This document shows, piece after piece, positions 1-8,479 of a DNA stretch of 64,000 nt. A program made the translations under genes and the position numbers. This stretch comes from an uncultured Alphaproteobacteria bacterium. Its GTDB lineage: Bacteria; Pseudomonadota; Alphaproteobacteria; RF32; CAG-239. The stretch lies in the NCBI GenBank assembly GCA_944391345.1, contig CALXTE010000002.1, forward strand, positions 27,220 to 91,219, given 5' to 3'. Every line of letters begins with the position of its first letter. The first letter of the stretch is position 1. The notes under the pieces were generated by a model that made no database searches, had not been told where the DNA came from, and worked only from the letters and a program-made list of their open reading frames with translations.

Positions 1-165
1 CTGCAAAATTTCCTGACAAACCTTCTCGGCAAAGTCTGGATAATCGACCGATTCGGCCGAATTTGTTCCCATATCGGCAACAGCATAGCCTTTATTTTTA
101 AGATAAGTAACGAGTTTTTCTTTGGCGTCAAAACCGCCGTGATCGGCACCGATAGCAACCTTCAT
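1..165 (-). CDS. rpiB: ribose-5-phosphate isomerase B, N-terminal part (gene runs off the left edge)
   Basis: Reverse translation from the ATG at 163-165 gives MKVAIGADHGGFDAKEKLVTYLKNKGYAVADMGTNSAESVDYPDFAEKV, the canonical RpiB/LacAB N-terminus. A GGAGGAG RBS lies at about 170-176. Confidence 0.8.
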   Translation of the reverse strand, partial: MKVAIGADHGGFDAKEKLVTYLKNKGYAVADMGTNSAESVDYPDFAEKVCQEILQ

Positions 166-185
166 AAGCTCCTCCTTTTCCCCTA

Positions 186-218
186 ACAAAAAAAAGACCT
201 TTCCGAAGAAAGGTCTTT
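186..218 (-). terminator. intrinsic terminator downstream of tRNA-Asn
   Basis: Perfect 9 bp hairpin AGACCTTTC-CGAA-GAAAGGTCT (195-216), followed on the minus strand by a T-run. Confidence 0.7.
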
Positions 219-221
219 GTA

Positions 222-296
222 TGGCTCCGACTGTTGGGATCGAACCAACGACCAATCGGTTAACAGCCGATTGCTCTACCGCTGAGCTAAGTCGGA
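222..296 (-). tRNA. tRNA-Asn (anticodon GTT)
   Basis: The reverse complement reads TCCGACTTAGCTCAGCGGTAGAGCAATCGGCTGTTAACCGATTGGTCGTTGGTTCGATCCCAACAGTCGGAGCCA. It has a 7 bp acceptor stem, a GGTTCGATCC T-arm, a CTGTTAA anticodon loop and an encoded CCA. Confidence 0.93.
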
Positions 297-304
297 ATAA
301 TAAC

Positions 305-378
305 TGGAGGCCGGTACCGGAATTGAACCGATATCAAAGGATTTGCAGTCCTCTGCATAACCATTCTGCCAACCGGCC
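305..378 (-). tRNA. tRNA-Cys (anticodon GCA)
   Basis: The reverse complement reads GGCCGGTTGGCAGAATGGTTATGCAGAGGACTGCAAATCCTTTGATATCGGTTCAATTCCGGTACCGGCCTCCA. It has acceptor pairing GGCCGGT/ACCGGCC, a CTGCAAA anticodon loop, a GGTTCAATTCC T-arm and an encoded CCA. Confidence 0.93.
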
Positions 379-525
379 AATCCATCAAGACCAAAGAAGC
401 TCGTAAACAACTTCACCTCACGGTCACTCAACAAGGAATATATATACAAATTTTTTTGTTAAGGTCAAGAAAAAAATTTATAATTTTTGCATTAATTTTT
501 GATTTTTTTGAAATATAAAGAAAAA

Positions 526-750
526 TCAAAAAGATGAGAGTTCTTGACGCAGTTTATTAATCCGCGCCAACCACTCCCAAAAATGTTCATAACCCTGATA
601 AGGCAGAGTCTCAAGCTCTTTAGCCACCTCTGTTCCGCCCACCGGATAAACAGCAGAGAGATTACAAGATTCCGTTGCACATGAGCTCAAGCAACTCCCC
701 GCGAGAAGCATTAGGCTGAGAATAAATCGCCGCTTTTTTCTTTTCCACAT
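526..750 (-). CDS. o-spanin-like outer-membrane lipoprotein (Rz1 analogue), overlapping the i-spanin gene in another frame
   Basis: The N-terminus MWKRKKRRFILSLMLLAGSCLSSCA carries a lipobox (L-S-S-C). The mature part is short, about 50 aa. The gene starts inside the 662-865 gene and extends past its end, which is the classic overlapped spanin architecture. Confidence 0.6.
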   Translation of the reverse strand: MWKRKKRRFILSLMLLAGSCLSSCATESCNLSAVYPVGGTEVAKELETLPYQGYEHFWEWLARINKLRQELSSF

Positions 751-865
751 ATTTCACCACCTCAACTTGTTCTTTAACAATTTTTAGCTCGCTATGACTG
801 CGACCAAGAAAATAAGCTCCAAGCAAAGAAGAAATAAAAAGAACAACAACCACCGCATATCTCAT
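662..865 (-). CDS. i-spanin-like protein (Rz analogue)
   Basis: N-terminal TM segment RYAVVVVLFISSLLGAYFL followed by a charged helical region. It is the last position in the lysis cassette, and its ATG overlaps the stop of the upstream small ORF (TGATG). Confidence 0.55.
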   Translation of the reverse strand: MRYAVVVVLFISSLLGAYFLGRSHSELKIVKEQVEVVKYVEKKKAAIYSQPNASRGELLELMCNGIL

Positions 866-993
866 CACACCCCCGCTACTATGAGCAAAAAAGCCCGAGC
901 TACATTTTCAGCATATTCGGGCTTAAAAACAGAAACGGCGGCTAACACCACCGCCGTTAAAATAATCAATCCGAAACGCAGCTTGTTTTTCAT
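865..993 (-). CDS. small hydrophobic protein (42 aa), possible holin/antiholin partner; not in the ORF track
   Basis: The ATG at 991-993 overlaps the lysin gene end. Translation is MKNKLRFGLIILTAVVLAAVSVFKPEYAENVARAFLLIVAGV, with two hydrophobic stretches. Its stop overlaps the next gene's start. Confidence 0.35.
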   Translation of the reverse strand: MKNKLRFGLIILTAVVLAAVSVFKPEYAENVARAFLLIVAGV

Positions 994-1403
994 GACAACA
1001 TCACTCCCGCCAGTTTTAAGCCCTCAACCAATTGTTCGGTTGAATAAGGTTGTATGCCGTTTTCATGGCGAATAATAGCGCGCAACAAAACTAAGAGCAC
1101 CGCCGGAGAAGACACATCAATCACCTCATCGGGCAATACCCCAAGCATACCGGCAACCGATTGAATATAAGATTCGGTTTCGTTTTCATTAGGCGGCGCA
1201 TAACGCCCGATAATTTTTTTAACCGTATTAAGCTGATATTTTTTATAATAAGTCAGCAATACTTTTACCAGCGCCCTGATTCCATATTCTGGAGAAACAA
1301 AGACACAAAAAGAGCTATCAGTTTGTTTATCCGATAGCCCTTTCCAATTTTCGCCTTTGCGAATATTCCCAGGATTATGATTCCGAATACCCCGTGGCAC
1401 CAT
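990..1403 (-). CDS. phage cell-wall-associated / endolysin-like protein (RNxNPGNIR-motif family)
   Basis: The N-terminal GIRNHNPGNIRKGENWKGL motif recurs in phage proteins of lysis or virion modules. The gene sits between a holin-like gene and spanins. The enzymatic class was not determined. Confidence 0.45.
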   Translation of the reverse strand: MVPRGIRNHNPGNIRKGENWKGLSDKQTDSSFCVFVSPEYGIRALVKVLLTYYKKYQLNTVKKIIGRYAPPNENETESYIQSVAGMLGVLPDEVIDVSSPAVLLVLLRAIIRHENGIQPYSTEQLVEGLKLAGVMLS

Positions 1404-1406
1404 GGC

Positions 1407-1640
1407 TCACCTTCCTTTCTTTTCGAGCATAAGTTCTATTTTGACCTTGAGCTCGGTTAAAATCTCATTATTTTCACGCAGAGCCTTATTAAGAACATCA
1501 AACTTTGTGAGCGTAATTGAAGAATCCCGTTCCAAAGCTGCAACTTTTGTTTCAATAATGCCCTGCCATTTTCCAAAGCGGATAAAATTAAACAACACAC
1601 CGCATAAGGATAAAATGACACCAGCTGCTTCCCAGTCCAT
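1407..1640 (-). CDS. holin-like protein
   Basis: 77 aa with a single TM (AAGVILSLCGVLFNFIRF) followed by a coiled-coil tail. It lies immediately upstream of the lysin-like gene. Confidence 0.45.
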   Translation of the reverse strand: MDWEAAGVILSLCGVLFNFIRFGKWQGIIETKVAALERDSSITLTKFDVLNKALRENNEILTELKVKIELMLEKKGR

Positions 1641-1646
1641 AGATTG

Positions 1647-2132
1647 CTACTCCCACTTAATTTCAGCCAGCGCCTCTTTGTTGTCACAGGCATCAATCTG
1701 TGCTTTGAGAGCCGTTGCCTTTTGATGGCAAGTATTAGACCATTGAGCCAAAGCCACAACAAGCCCCATAAGCTCTTGCGGATTAAGGTCTATTGTAGAG
1801 TTATCCTGACAAGTCCAAGTAATTGTCGGTGTTTCCTCACTCATGGCAACCATAGACATCGCCTGCGCTGCTGAAGAAATACGAATGCAACTCACTTGAT
1901 CGGAATCAAAGATTTTTCCCATATATTCAAACCCACTTTGCTCAGCCGCATCACGAGCTTGATTTATTTCAGCGCGCTTAGCAAGTTTTAATTCATCTAA
2001 ACTAGGACTAGGCAATTTTATAATTTTGTACCGTCCACCACTTAAATCTTGAATTGTTGTTCCTTCATTATTGCTAATAAATTCATAAGCTTCATCGTAA
2101 TCACTTAAATAAAAAATATCGTTTATCTGCAT
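1647..2132 (-). CDS. tail-fiber assembly/chaperone-like protein (DUF4376-like)
   Basis: It lies directly downstream of the tail fiber gene. The central region KRAEINQARDAAEQSGFEYMGKIFDSDQVS resembles the DUF4376 pattern. Confidence 0.5.
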   Translation of the reverse strand: MQINDIFYLSDYDEAYEFISNNEGTTIQDLSGGRYKIIKLPSPSLDELKLAKRAEINQARDAAEQSGFEYMGKIFDSDQVSCIRISSAAQAMSMVAMSEETPTITWTCQDNSTIDLNPQELMGLVVALAQWSNTCHQKATALKAQIDACDNKEALAEIKWE

Positions 2133-2143
2133 ATTTTATACTC

Positions 2144-3271
2144 CTAAACAAAATTCAAAGCATACCACCTGACATTTACGCCATCATATCCAATAGCAGT
2201 TACAGTAAAATTAGTTGTTGATACACTATTGGAACTAACTTCTCTTTCATGACAAGAGGCCGCTCTCGATGAAACAAAACCAAAACAAACCGTAGGAACA
2301 CTCGTAAATGGTTTTAAAAATGTTACAGTACCTGAATATCCAGCATTTAATAAACCTCCTTGTTCATATCTTCCACTTTTCCATTTTCTATACCATTTGT
2401 CATTATTACCGCCCTTTTCAATAACATAATCAATATTGCTTACAACATTACTCAAACTTGTGTTAGCATAAGAACCGGCAGCCTGTTTTGAGTTCAACTG
2501 TGTTTGAATGGAACTTGTCACACCATCCAAATAACCTAACTCAGTGCTAGTAACAGCCGAAACGGCAACCTTTCCGCTTCCGTTTGAAATTAAGGCTCGG
2601 TTAGCTGTCAAATTTGCAGAAGCAATCGTAGTCGCCGCACCGGTTATAGTGTTTTGCTTAGCGTTAAACTTGGCAGCCCCCACAGAGGATAAGTTATCTA
2701 AATCGACATTAGCCTTTCCGCCCGAAGCGCTGGACGCTTGCTCAGCAAATTCTTGGGCCTGAGAGGCGCTCGTTGCTGCACTATTTTGTGCCGCGACTGC
2801 CGATAATGAACTTTGTTCCGCCGCCGAGGCAAAAGCCTGCGCATTTTCTGCCAAAGAAGCCGACTCATTTTTTGCCGCAATAGCTGCTTCAGCTTGCTCT
2901 GTTGCTAAATTTGCTTGCTCCTGAGCAGAAGAGACATAAGCCTGAAGTTCCGGCTTTTTAGCTTCCACAAAAGCATCAAGCTCAGGCTTGCTTGTTTTCG
3001 TTACATAGTTATCAATCAGCGGCGTCACAACCCGCGATGATACATCAATCACAATCGGCTCTGCCTGTGTGTCAAGATAAGCATCAATCTCCGGCTTGGA
3101 AACATCATCAACATAAGATTGTATCTCTGCCTGCCCTGATTTTATATACATCAAATTCAAGTCAAGGTTGAGATTAACCTCATCTTGCCATAGGACATCA
3201 AAAACCGCCCCGTCTTGACAATAAATTTCAACATCCGCATCAGAAATAGTTACGTCTATAACATCACTCAT
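2144..3271 (-). CDS. tail fiber protein
   Basis: Ala/Ser/Gln-rich coiled-coil shaft, a TSTELGYLDGVTSSIQTQL motif, and a C-terminal WYRKWKSGRYEQGG motif typical of phage fiber tips. Confidence 0.7.
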   Translation of the reverse strand: MSDVIDVTISDADVEIYCQDGAVFDVLWQDEVNLNLDLNLMYIKSGQAEIQSYVDDVSKPEIDAYLDTQAEPIVIDVSSRVVTPLIDNYVTKTSKPELDAFVEAKKPELQAYVSSAQEQANLATEQAEAAIAAKNESASLAENAQAFASAAEQSSLSAVAAQNSAATSASQAQEFAEQASSASGGKANVDLDNLSSVGAAKFNAKQNTITGAATTIASANLTANRALISNGSGKVAVSAVTSTELGYLDGVTSSIQTQLNSKQAAGSYANTSLSNVVSNIDYVIEKGGNNDKWYRKWKSGRYEQGGLLNAGYSGTVTFLKPFTSVPTVCFGFVSSRAASCHEREVSSNSVSTTNFTVTAIGYDGVNVRWYALNFV

Positions 3272-3626
3272 GGGTCACCTGCTCCGTAATTCTAAAAATT
3301 GCCACCTTATTAACATCGGCAGGAAATATCGTGTTAATCTGCCCGTCTGCGGTCGAAAGTTGAATATCCGTTTTATAAGACCCCACATCAATACTTGTTT
3401 CCACAGGAGAAAGCAAAAGCGCAAACTCTCCTTTTTGAATATCTATCGGCTCTGCCGCCAAATCAAATTTCAAATCATTGCCTTCTATATTGCGCACTTG
3501 CATATTAACTTTAGCACCGGTCAAATCAAAATCTTTCTCTCCTTTATGGATTTTGAGCTTAATAGTAAAACTATCGCCCTGCCGAACCTCAATAATATTT
3601 GCATAAGGTAAAATACGACCTGTCAT
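3264..3626 (-). CDS. phage structural protein, small beta-rich (function unknown)
   Basis: The ORF is translationally overlapped with the fiber gene (3264-3271). Assigned by position between two fiber-type genes. Confidence 0.4.
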   Translation of the reverse strand: MTGRILPYANIIEVRQGDSFTIKLKIHKGEKDFDLTGAKVNMQVRNIEGNDLKFDLAAEPIDIQKGEFALLLSPVETSIDVGSYKTDIQLSTADGQINTIFPADVNKVAIFRITEQVTHE

Positions 3627-3628
3627 AT

Positions 3629-4405
3629 TTAAGCCTCCTCTTTAACTTTAATAAAGTAGTTCACTGCTTGGTTTATCGGCGTAACGTGAGATGACGCTCC
3701 ATAAATTTTAGAACTTCTTGAAGCATCGAACTTAATAGCTTTAACCAAAGGTGTATCCCCTCCCGTTCCTTCAGCATTAAAAGAACTATTTTCTGCATAA
3801 AAAGCCCCATCAGTAATAAGTGTTTGAGCATTTCTATACTGCAAAACATTTCCGCTGATATTCGGCAAACCTTCGGCTTGTGTTTTATAAATATCACTGG
3901 CAGAATCTCCCCCCAAGCCACGCAAGAATTTGCCTCGATAATCCGGCAGATTAAAAGTTGACGTCCCGTCACCCGTTCCAAACTTAGTTCCGATAAGGGC
4001 AAACAAGTCAGCATAAGTCACACGACTGATGGCCTGACCATTGCACAAAAACCAGTTGTCATGATTAGCATTTTTGACCGAAGCCTTAATATCACCGATT
4101 TTAAAACCTTGGTTAATATTGGCCAGCAAAGTCTTTTTCAAAGAAGCAATCTGATCATTCAGTTGGGTCAAATTCACCGCATCCGAGCTGATAGAACCGG
4201 CCTTGAGATTTTTAATCTGAAAATTTCCGGCATTAAAATTAGCTTCCATCGCCGCGCGCCCGTCACGCAACAAACATTGCGAAAGACCGGAAGCAAAATT
4301 ATCGTCTTCTTCATCATGATGATCTGTCACGATTTCAATATTATTCTGGCGATCATCTTCCCAGTTATGAATTCGCGAAAAAATTCCTTGACTATCAAAC
4401 GGCAT
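3629..4405 (-). CDS. tail fiber / tail-collar domain protein
   Basis: FNLPDYRGKFLRG is the signature of the phage tail-collar domain. The N-terminal DDDNFASGLS region is fiber-like. Confidence 0.7.
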   Translation of the reverse strand: MPFDSQGIFSRIHNWEDDRQNNIEIVTDHHDEEDDNFASGLSQCLLRDGRAAMEANFNAGNFQIKNLKAGSISSDAVNLTQLNDQIASLKKTLLANINQGFKIGDIKASVKNANHDNWFLCNGQAISRVTYADLFALIGTKFGTGDGTSTFNLPDYRGKFLRGLGGDSASDIYKTQAEGLPNISGNVLQYRNAQTLITDGAFYAENSSFNAEGTGGDTPLVKAIKFDASRSSKIYGASSHVTPINQAVNYFIKVKEEA

Positions 4406-4425
4406 AATACATCTCCCGAAAAGAA

Positions 4426-5109
4426 TTAAAACAAACCAAACAAGGCACCGGCAGCATTACCCAACAACTGATTACCGGCATTAAATTGCGCCTGAGAATT
4501 ATAGGCTTTGTTTTGGTTAATACGATTTTCCGCCTGATTTTGAATCGAATAAATATTCATATTGTTCTCGTAAGCACTGGGCGAATTTTTCATCAAAGAA
4601 TAAATTTCATTAATCGGCAGCTGACGAGCAGAATTGGTAAATCCGGCAGAAGAAATTGCGTCGCGCAAAGAATTGGAAAACGAGTTTTGCCCTGCATTAA
4701 CAGCCGTATAAGCCGCCTGATTCAGCGCCGAATTTTGAGAATCTTGCAAATCAGACATCGCACGCTGATAAGCCTCTGACCCAACCGACAATCCCTGGTT
4801 GGCCAAACGCGTCTGCAAATCCGAAGTCTGCTGCTCAAATTGCGGCGTCAGCTTGTCAACATAAGAGTTATAAACCGCGTTTTCCATACGTTGACGCGCT
4901 TCATCTGACCCATCAACCGAATAAATATAATCCGGACGATTATTAAGCGTTTGACTAAGATCATAACCATATTGCGCAAAATTATCATAAGTTTTATCCG
5001 CCATAGAAGTATCAATATTTTTCAAATAATTGAGCACATCATTTTCTGCTTGATTATAAGAAGTGCTGGCCCCGCCGGCACCCAAAAGTTTTCCGATAGA
5101 TTTACTCAT
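4426..5109 (-). CDS. phage virion protein, Asn/Gln/Ser-rich (unknown function)
   Basis: Low-complexity N/Q/S-rich 227 aa protein with a glycine-rich C-terminal hydrophobic tail. Assigned by position in the tail module. Confidence 0.35.
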   Translation of the reverse strand: MSKSIGKLLGAGGASTSYNQAENDVLNYLKNIDTSMADKTYDNFAQYGYDLSQTLNNRPDYIYSVDGSDEARQRMENAVYNSYVDKLTPQFEQQTSDLQTRLANQGLSVGSEAYQRAMSDLQDSQNSALNQAAYTAVNAGQNSFSNSLRDAISSAGFTNSARQLPINEIYSLMKNSPSAYENNMNIYSIQNQAENRINQNKAYNSQAQFNAGNQLLGNAAGALFGLF

Positions 5110-5113
5110 AACA

Positions 5114-5527
5114 TTAACTCCATAAAGATTCAGAATTTAAGATAGAAAGAACAAAAGCGTCCTCGCCGTTTTCACGAAAAGCACGAAGACGCCCCTCAAT
5201 TTTAAAACCCAGCCTTTTCACCAAGTTCAGACAGGCTTGGTTCGAAACACTCACCAAAAGGCTAATTCTTCGACATTTCAACACATTAAACGCCATATCA
5301 AAGATAAAACGTAAAACTTTTCGGCAGCACCAACGCTTGTCATTGGTATAGATTGTCCACCAAACATCATGATTGGGGCGATAATTATTAAAAATAAGCC
5401 CGCCGACAAGCTTTCCGCCTTCAACAAAACCAATGGTATAATTTTCACCGACCCAAGCATCACTTTCGCCCAAAGAAGAACAAACCCAATGGGCAATCAG
5501 CCCGCAGGAATCTTGAATAATTTCCAT
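5114..5527 (-). CDS. GNAT-family N-acetyltransferase
   Basis: The C-terminal RRISLLVSVSNQACLNLVKRLGFKIEGRLR is an acetyl-CoA-binding GNAT core. I place the start at the ATG at 5525-5527, preceded by GGAGGT. The longer track ORF (to 5632) would overlap the upstream gene. Confidence 0.65.
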   Translation of the reverse strand: MEIIQDSCGLIAHWVCSSLGESDAWVGENYTIGFVEGGKLVGGLIFNNYRPNHDVWWTIYTNDKRWCCRKVLRFIFDMAFNVLKCRRISLLVSVSNQACLNLVKRLGFKIEGRLRAFRENGEDAFVLSILNSESLWS

Positions 5528-5546
5528 ATATACCTCCCAAAAAACA

Positions 5547-7115
5547 TCAAAGGAAACCGGAACCTTGCTCAAAACGACAGTCTGTTCCATACCACTCAAT
5601 GGCATTTCCTTTGGTCTTTGTTTTGAATACAAGACTAAATTTCAGCCCCGTTGCCGAAGTTCCTATCCATTGGCTGCGAATAACACCTTTGAGCACCGCC
5701 CATTTGGTCCCTGAAGGTGCAGACAAAGAACTCCATTTGGCCTCATTCCAAAAAGTTCGATCCGTTGAATCATTGCCGATATTCTCCACAAAAGGCTGAG
5801 AATCATCAGCAAAATCAGCATTTGCATAAAGCGTTAATGCAAAGGGATTAAAGGCCTTTGTACGCGGATTAAGCAGTTGTAGCTTTTTCATCGCCGTTAT
5901 GCCGAGAGAAGAATAAGCCTGCTCAATATGCCCCTCAATAGGATTAAGCTCATCAGCATAACTTTCATCAAACAACATAATTCCGTCATGCATTCCGAAA
6001 TAAGCCCGATTCTGATACAGCCCCCAACAAAGCGCCGGAATATTTGTAAAGCGGCACCATGCACCGGTATTAAGATTCACCACATGTTGCTCAAAGCTCT
6101 GATTAATCGGAACATTAAACAAAGCATAGCCACCGCGATTATAGATAAACGGCTGCCACCCGAATTTATCCTGAGACAAAGCCGTCCGCTCCAAAACCAA
6201 ACCTCTTATTTTATCCGAAAAAGAAATCTGCGAGTTATTGGCACTGTTTAACGGCAAAGCCTTTGACAGAGGCAAATAACCGTCAACCGAAACCAGCACC
6301 ACATCCCCCTGATATTGCAAAATACAACGATACCCGATTGGCCGTCCGACCCGATAAACCCCGCGCAACTTCCAATCTTCGGCAGAATTAGGATTGGCAC
6401 CGCTGTATACCAATGCCTCTCCTTCTGAGGTAATAAAAACGGTTAAGTCATCTATGCCCATTCCGCCGTCTTGGGTCCAAGAAGCAATCGCCACCAAAGA
6501 CCCGCCATCACGCGCTATCGTCGACATATCAAAGCACAACAATTTTCCTTGCACTTCCGCCGCATTTTCGGAATACCAGGCTTTCATACTGTTTTTTTCA
6601 ACAAACCACAAACGCTGTTTGGAAGAAGTGACATTAACCAAAGACGCCGGAATAAGACCGTCACCGGTAAATTCAGCATTTTTCCAAACACCTTCACCAC
6701 TATCCTCAATCACATAAGTTTGAGGCACATCGGCACCGTTAACGGCAAACAAACGATTTTTAAATTGCACCGTCTGCCACTTGTCATTAGTAAAATTATC
6801 CGCTAATTTTTCAGGAGAAGACTTGGAAGTAACATCCCACAACTCATTATCACAAAAAGCAAAAAAACGGTTTAATCCGCTTTCGGCCTTATGCTCTACC
6901 AAAGTATGAACCGGCTTTCCGGTAACCACATAGCGCACATACCCTTTGCGCAAAGAAACCTTTGTCTCCCCCGGAAAATAATTATCCATAACAATAGCAT
7001 CGCTTTCCTTCATCTGGCCTAAGCTGTCACGCATATTTAACCCGCCGATAGGACAAGGCAGCGTATAGTTTAAGGAACGATTCTGACGATTAACTTTTCG
7101 ACGTTGCATAAACAA
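5547..7115 (-). CDS. large tail protein (tail tubular/nozzle-like by position)
   Basis: 522 aa ORF downstream of the capsid and adaptor-like genes and upstream of the fibers. No motif was recognised. Confidence 0.35.
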   Translation of the reverse strand: MFMQRRKVNRQNRSLNYTLPCPIGGLNMRDSLGQMKESDAIVMDNYFPGETKVSLRKGYVRYVVTGKPVHTLVEHKAESGLNRFFAFCDNELWDVTSKSSPEKLADNFTNDKWQTVQFKNRLFAVNGADVPQTYVIEDSGEGVWKNAEFTGDGLIPASLVNVTSSKQRLWFVEKNSMKAWYSENAAEVQGKLLCFDMSTIARDGGSLVAIASWTQDGGMGIDDLTVFITSEGEALVYSGANPNSAEDWKLRGVYRVGRPIGYRCILQYQGDVVLVSVDGYLPLSKALPLNSANNSQISFSDKIRGLVLERTALSQDKFGWQPFIYNRGGYALFNVPINQSFEQHVVNLNTGAWCRFTNIPALCWGLYQNRAYFGMHDGIMLFDESYADELNPIEGHIEQAYSSLGITAMKKLQLLNPRTKAFNPFALTLYANADFADDSQPFVENIGNDSTDRTFWNEAKWSSLSAPSGTKWAVLKGVIRSQWIGTSATGLKFSLVFKTKTKGNAIEWYGTDCRFEQGSGFL

Positions 7116-7812
7116 TCACCCCCTCATTAAGCACCTTCGGACAATTTTCGGCCAAAGCAATATCCTTGGTTGCCAAACCTGAAGCAAAAGCTTTTTTCAC
7201 TTCGGTTTGATACTCGTTAAACTCTTCTTCATAAGGCATACCGTTTCGTTTATACCAGCGCCAAATAATGCCGAGCTTAACCAAATAAGGATCAAAAAGC
7301 GGCACATCGGTATTTTTGGTAATTTCTGTTTTTTCCGGATTACCATAAAGCTCCAACTCCGGATCATAACAAACATTAGCCGAACGATAATTAAACACGA
7401 TTTTAAGACCGGCGGGCGGCTCGGTTAAAAACACAAAACGCCCCTGCTGAATTTTGAATTTTATGCCGATATCGGAAAAAGAAAAATAACGCTCACGCAT
7501 ATATTGTTCGGGCGAAAGCGCACCGATAACTTTTTCCGAATGATCTTTCACATAAACCGTATTATTCAGCAAACAATAAAAATCAGGGCAAAAATCCTGA
7601 ATATAATAAACCAGTCTGGACGGCTGCGTTCTAAGCTCACCTTCTTTGGTCAGCTCTTGCCAGTTGCCATAACGCTGAAGACTGTTCAGCGTAGACTTGG
7701 CAATACTCAAAAAAATAGCCTCTTGCTGAGAGTTTGAATCAAAAAGCCCCTGCGGCGCTTGCGTCGCCAACAAACTGGCCGCTTCCTGACAAATCTGCAA
7801 AATAGTCGCCAT
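7090..7812 (-). CDS. head-tail adaptor / tail tubular A-like protein (by position)
   Basis: 240 aa ORF in T7-like gene order (portal, scaffold, capsid, small tail, large tail). Confidence 0.3.
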   Translation of the reverse strand: MATILQICQEAASLLATQAPQGLFDSNSQQEAIFLSIAKSTLNSLQRYGNWQELTKEGELRTQPSRLVYYIQDFCPDFYCLLNNTVYVKDHSEKVIGALSPEQYMRERYFSFSDIGIKFKIQQGRFVFLTEPPAGLKIVFNYRSANVCYDPELELYGNPEKTEITKNTDVPLFDPYLVKLGIIWRWYKRNGMPYEEEFNEYQTEVKKAFASGLATKDIALAENCPKVLNEGVIVYATSKS

Positions 7813-7836
7813 AACACCTCCGAAAAAATAAAAAAG

Positions 7837-8394
7837 TTATTTTTTTGCGCGATTATTCAAACGGCGCAATTTTTCAATTTGGCTTTTAAGAAAATCAATT
7901 TCCGCCAGATAACGCTCTTCGCGTTTTTGGGCTTCGATTAAAGCTTTGTGCCCCTTTGCCTGCTGCAAAAAAAGTTTCGCCGCCTTATTTTCCGACGAAA
8001 CACCGATAAGCCGTGCTTTTTCCTCATCAAGCTCAGCCAAAGCCTCAACCGTAAAAATACCGCGAAATTTAAGCGTTTCGATTTCTGCGGCCGTCAGAAA
8101 AGCAAATTGATCCAAAGGAGCTCCTTTTTCGACTTGCTTTTTCGCCAGCAAATAGCGGTTATATTCGGTAGGAAAACGTTGAATTTTATCAGCATCGGCT
8201 GGCTGGTCAAACACATCGTGACAATCGCGCATTCTGATTTCCACAAAACAAACCGTATCAAACACGGGCAAACCGTTTTCATCAAGCTTGTCCGATTTTA
8301 TCAAACGGTCATAAAAACGCGCGGCCACCGTATTATCAGACTTATTTTTAGCACTGTCCAACAACTGCTGAAACATATCAAAATCCATATCCAT
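7837..8394 (-). CDS. phage protein, unknown function
   Basis: 185 aa ORF directly downstream of the capsid gene, with a C-terminal coiled coil. Confidence 0.3.
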   Translation of the reverse strand: MDMDFDMFQQLLDSAKNKSDNTVAARFYDRLIKSDKLDENGLPVFDTVCFVEIRMRDCHDVFDQPADADKIQRFPTEYNRYLLAKKQVEKGAPLDQFAFLTAAEIETLKFRGIFTVEALAELDEEKARLIGVSSENKAAKLFLQQAKGHKALIEAQKREERYLAEIDFLKSQIEKLRRLNNRAKK

Positions 8395-8479
8395 AGAAAT
8401 AACTCCCGAAAAATTAAATAAAAAGAACTCCTAAGGCATCAAAAAAGGCGGAGCCTTGAAGCGCTCCGCCTCCAAGCCG

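Noticed and set aside
221-406. 61-aa plus-strand ORF
   Set aside because: It lies entirely over the two minus-strand tRNA genes (Asn, Cys). It is an artefact of translating tRNA sequence.
2144-4405. Possible diversity-generating retroelement acting on the tail fiber genes
   Set aside because: There is no reverse transcriptase gene and no template/variable repeat pair anywhere in the window.
5528-5632. N-terminal extension of the GNAT ORF in the track (172-aa version)
   Set aside because: The extension overlaps the upstream 522-aa gene and lacks an RBS. The internal ATG at 5527 has a GGAGGT RBS and yields a normal-size GNAT.
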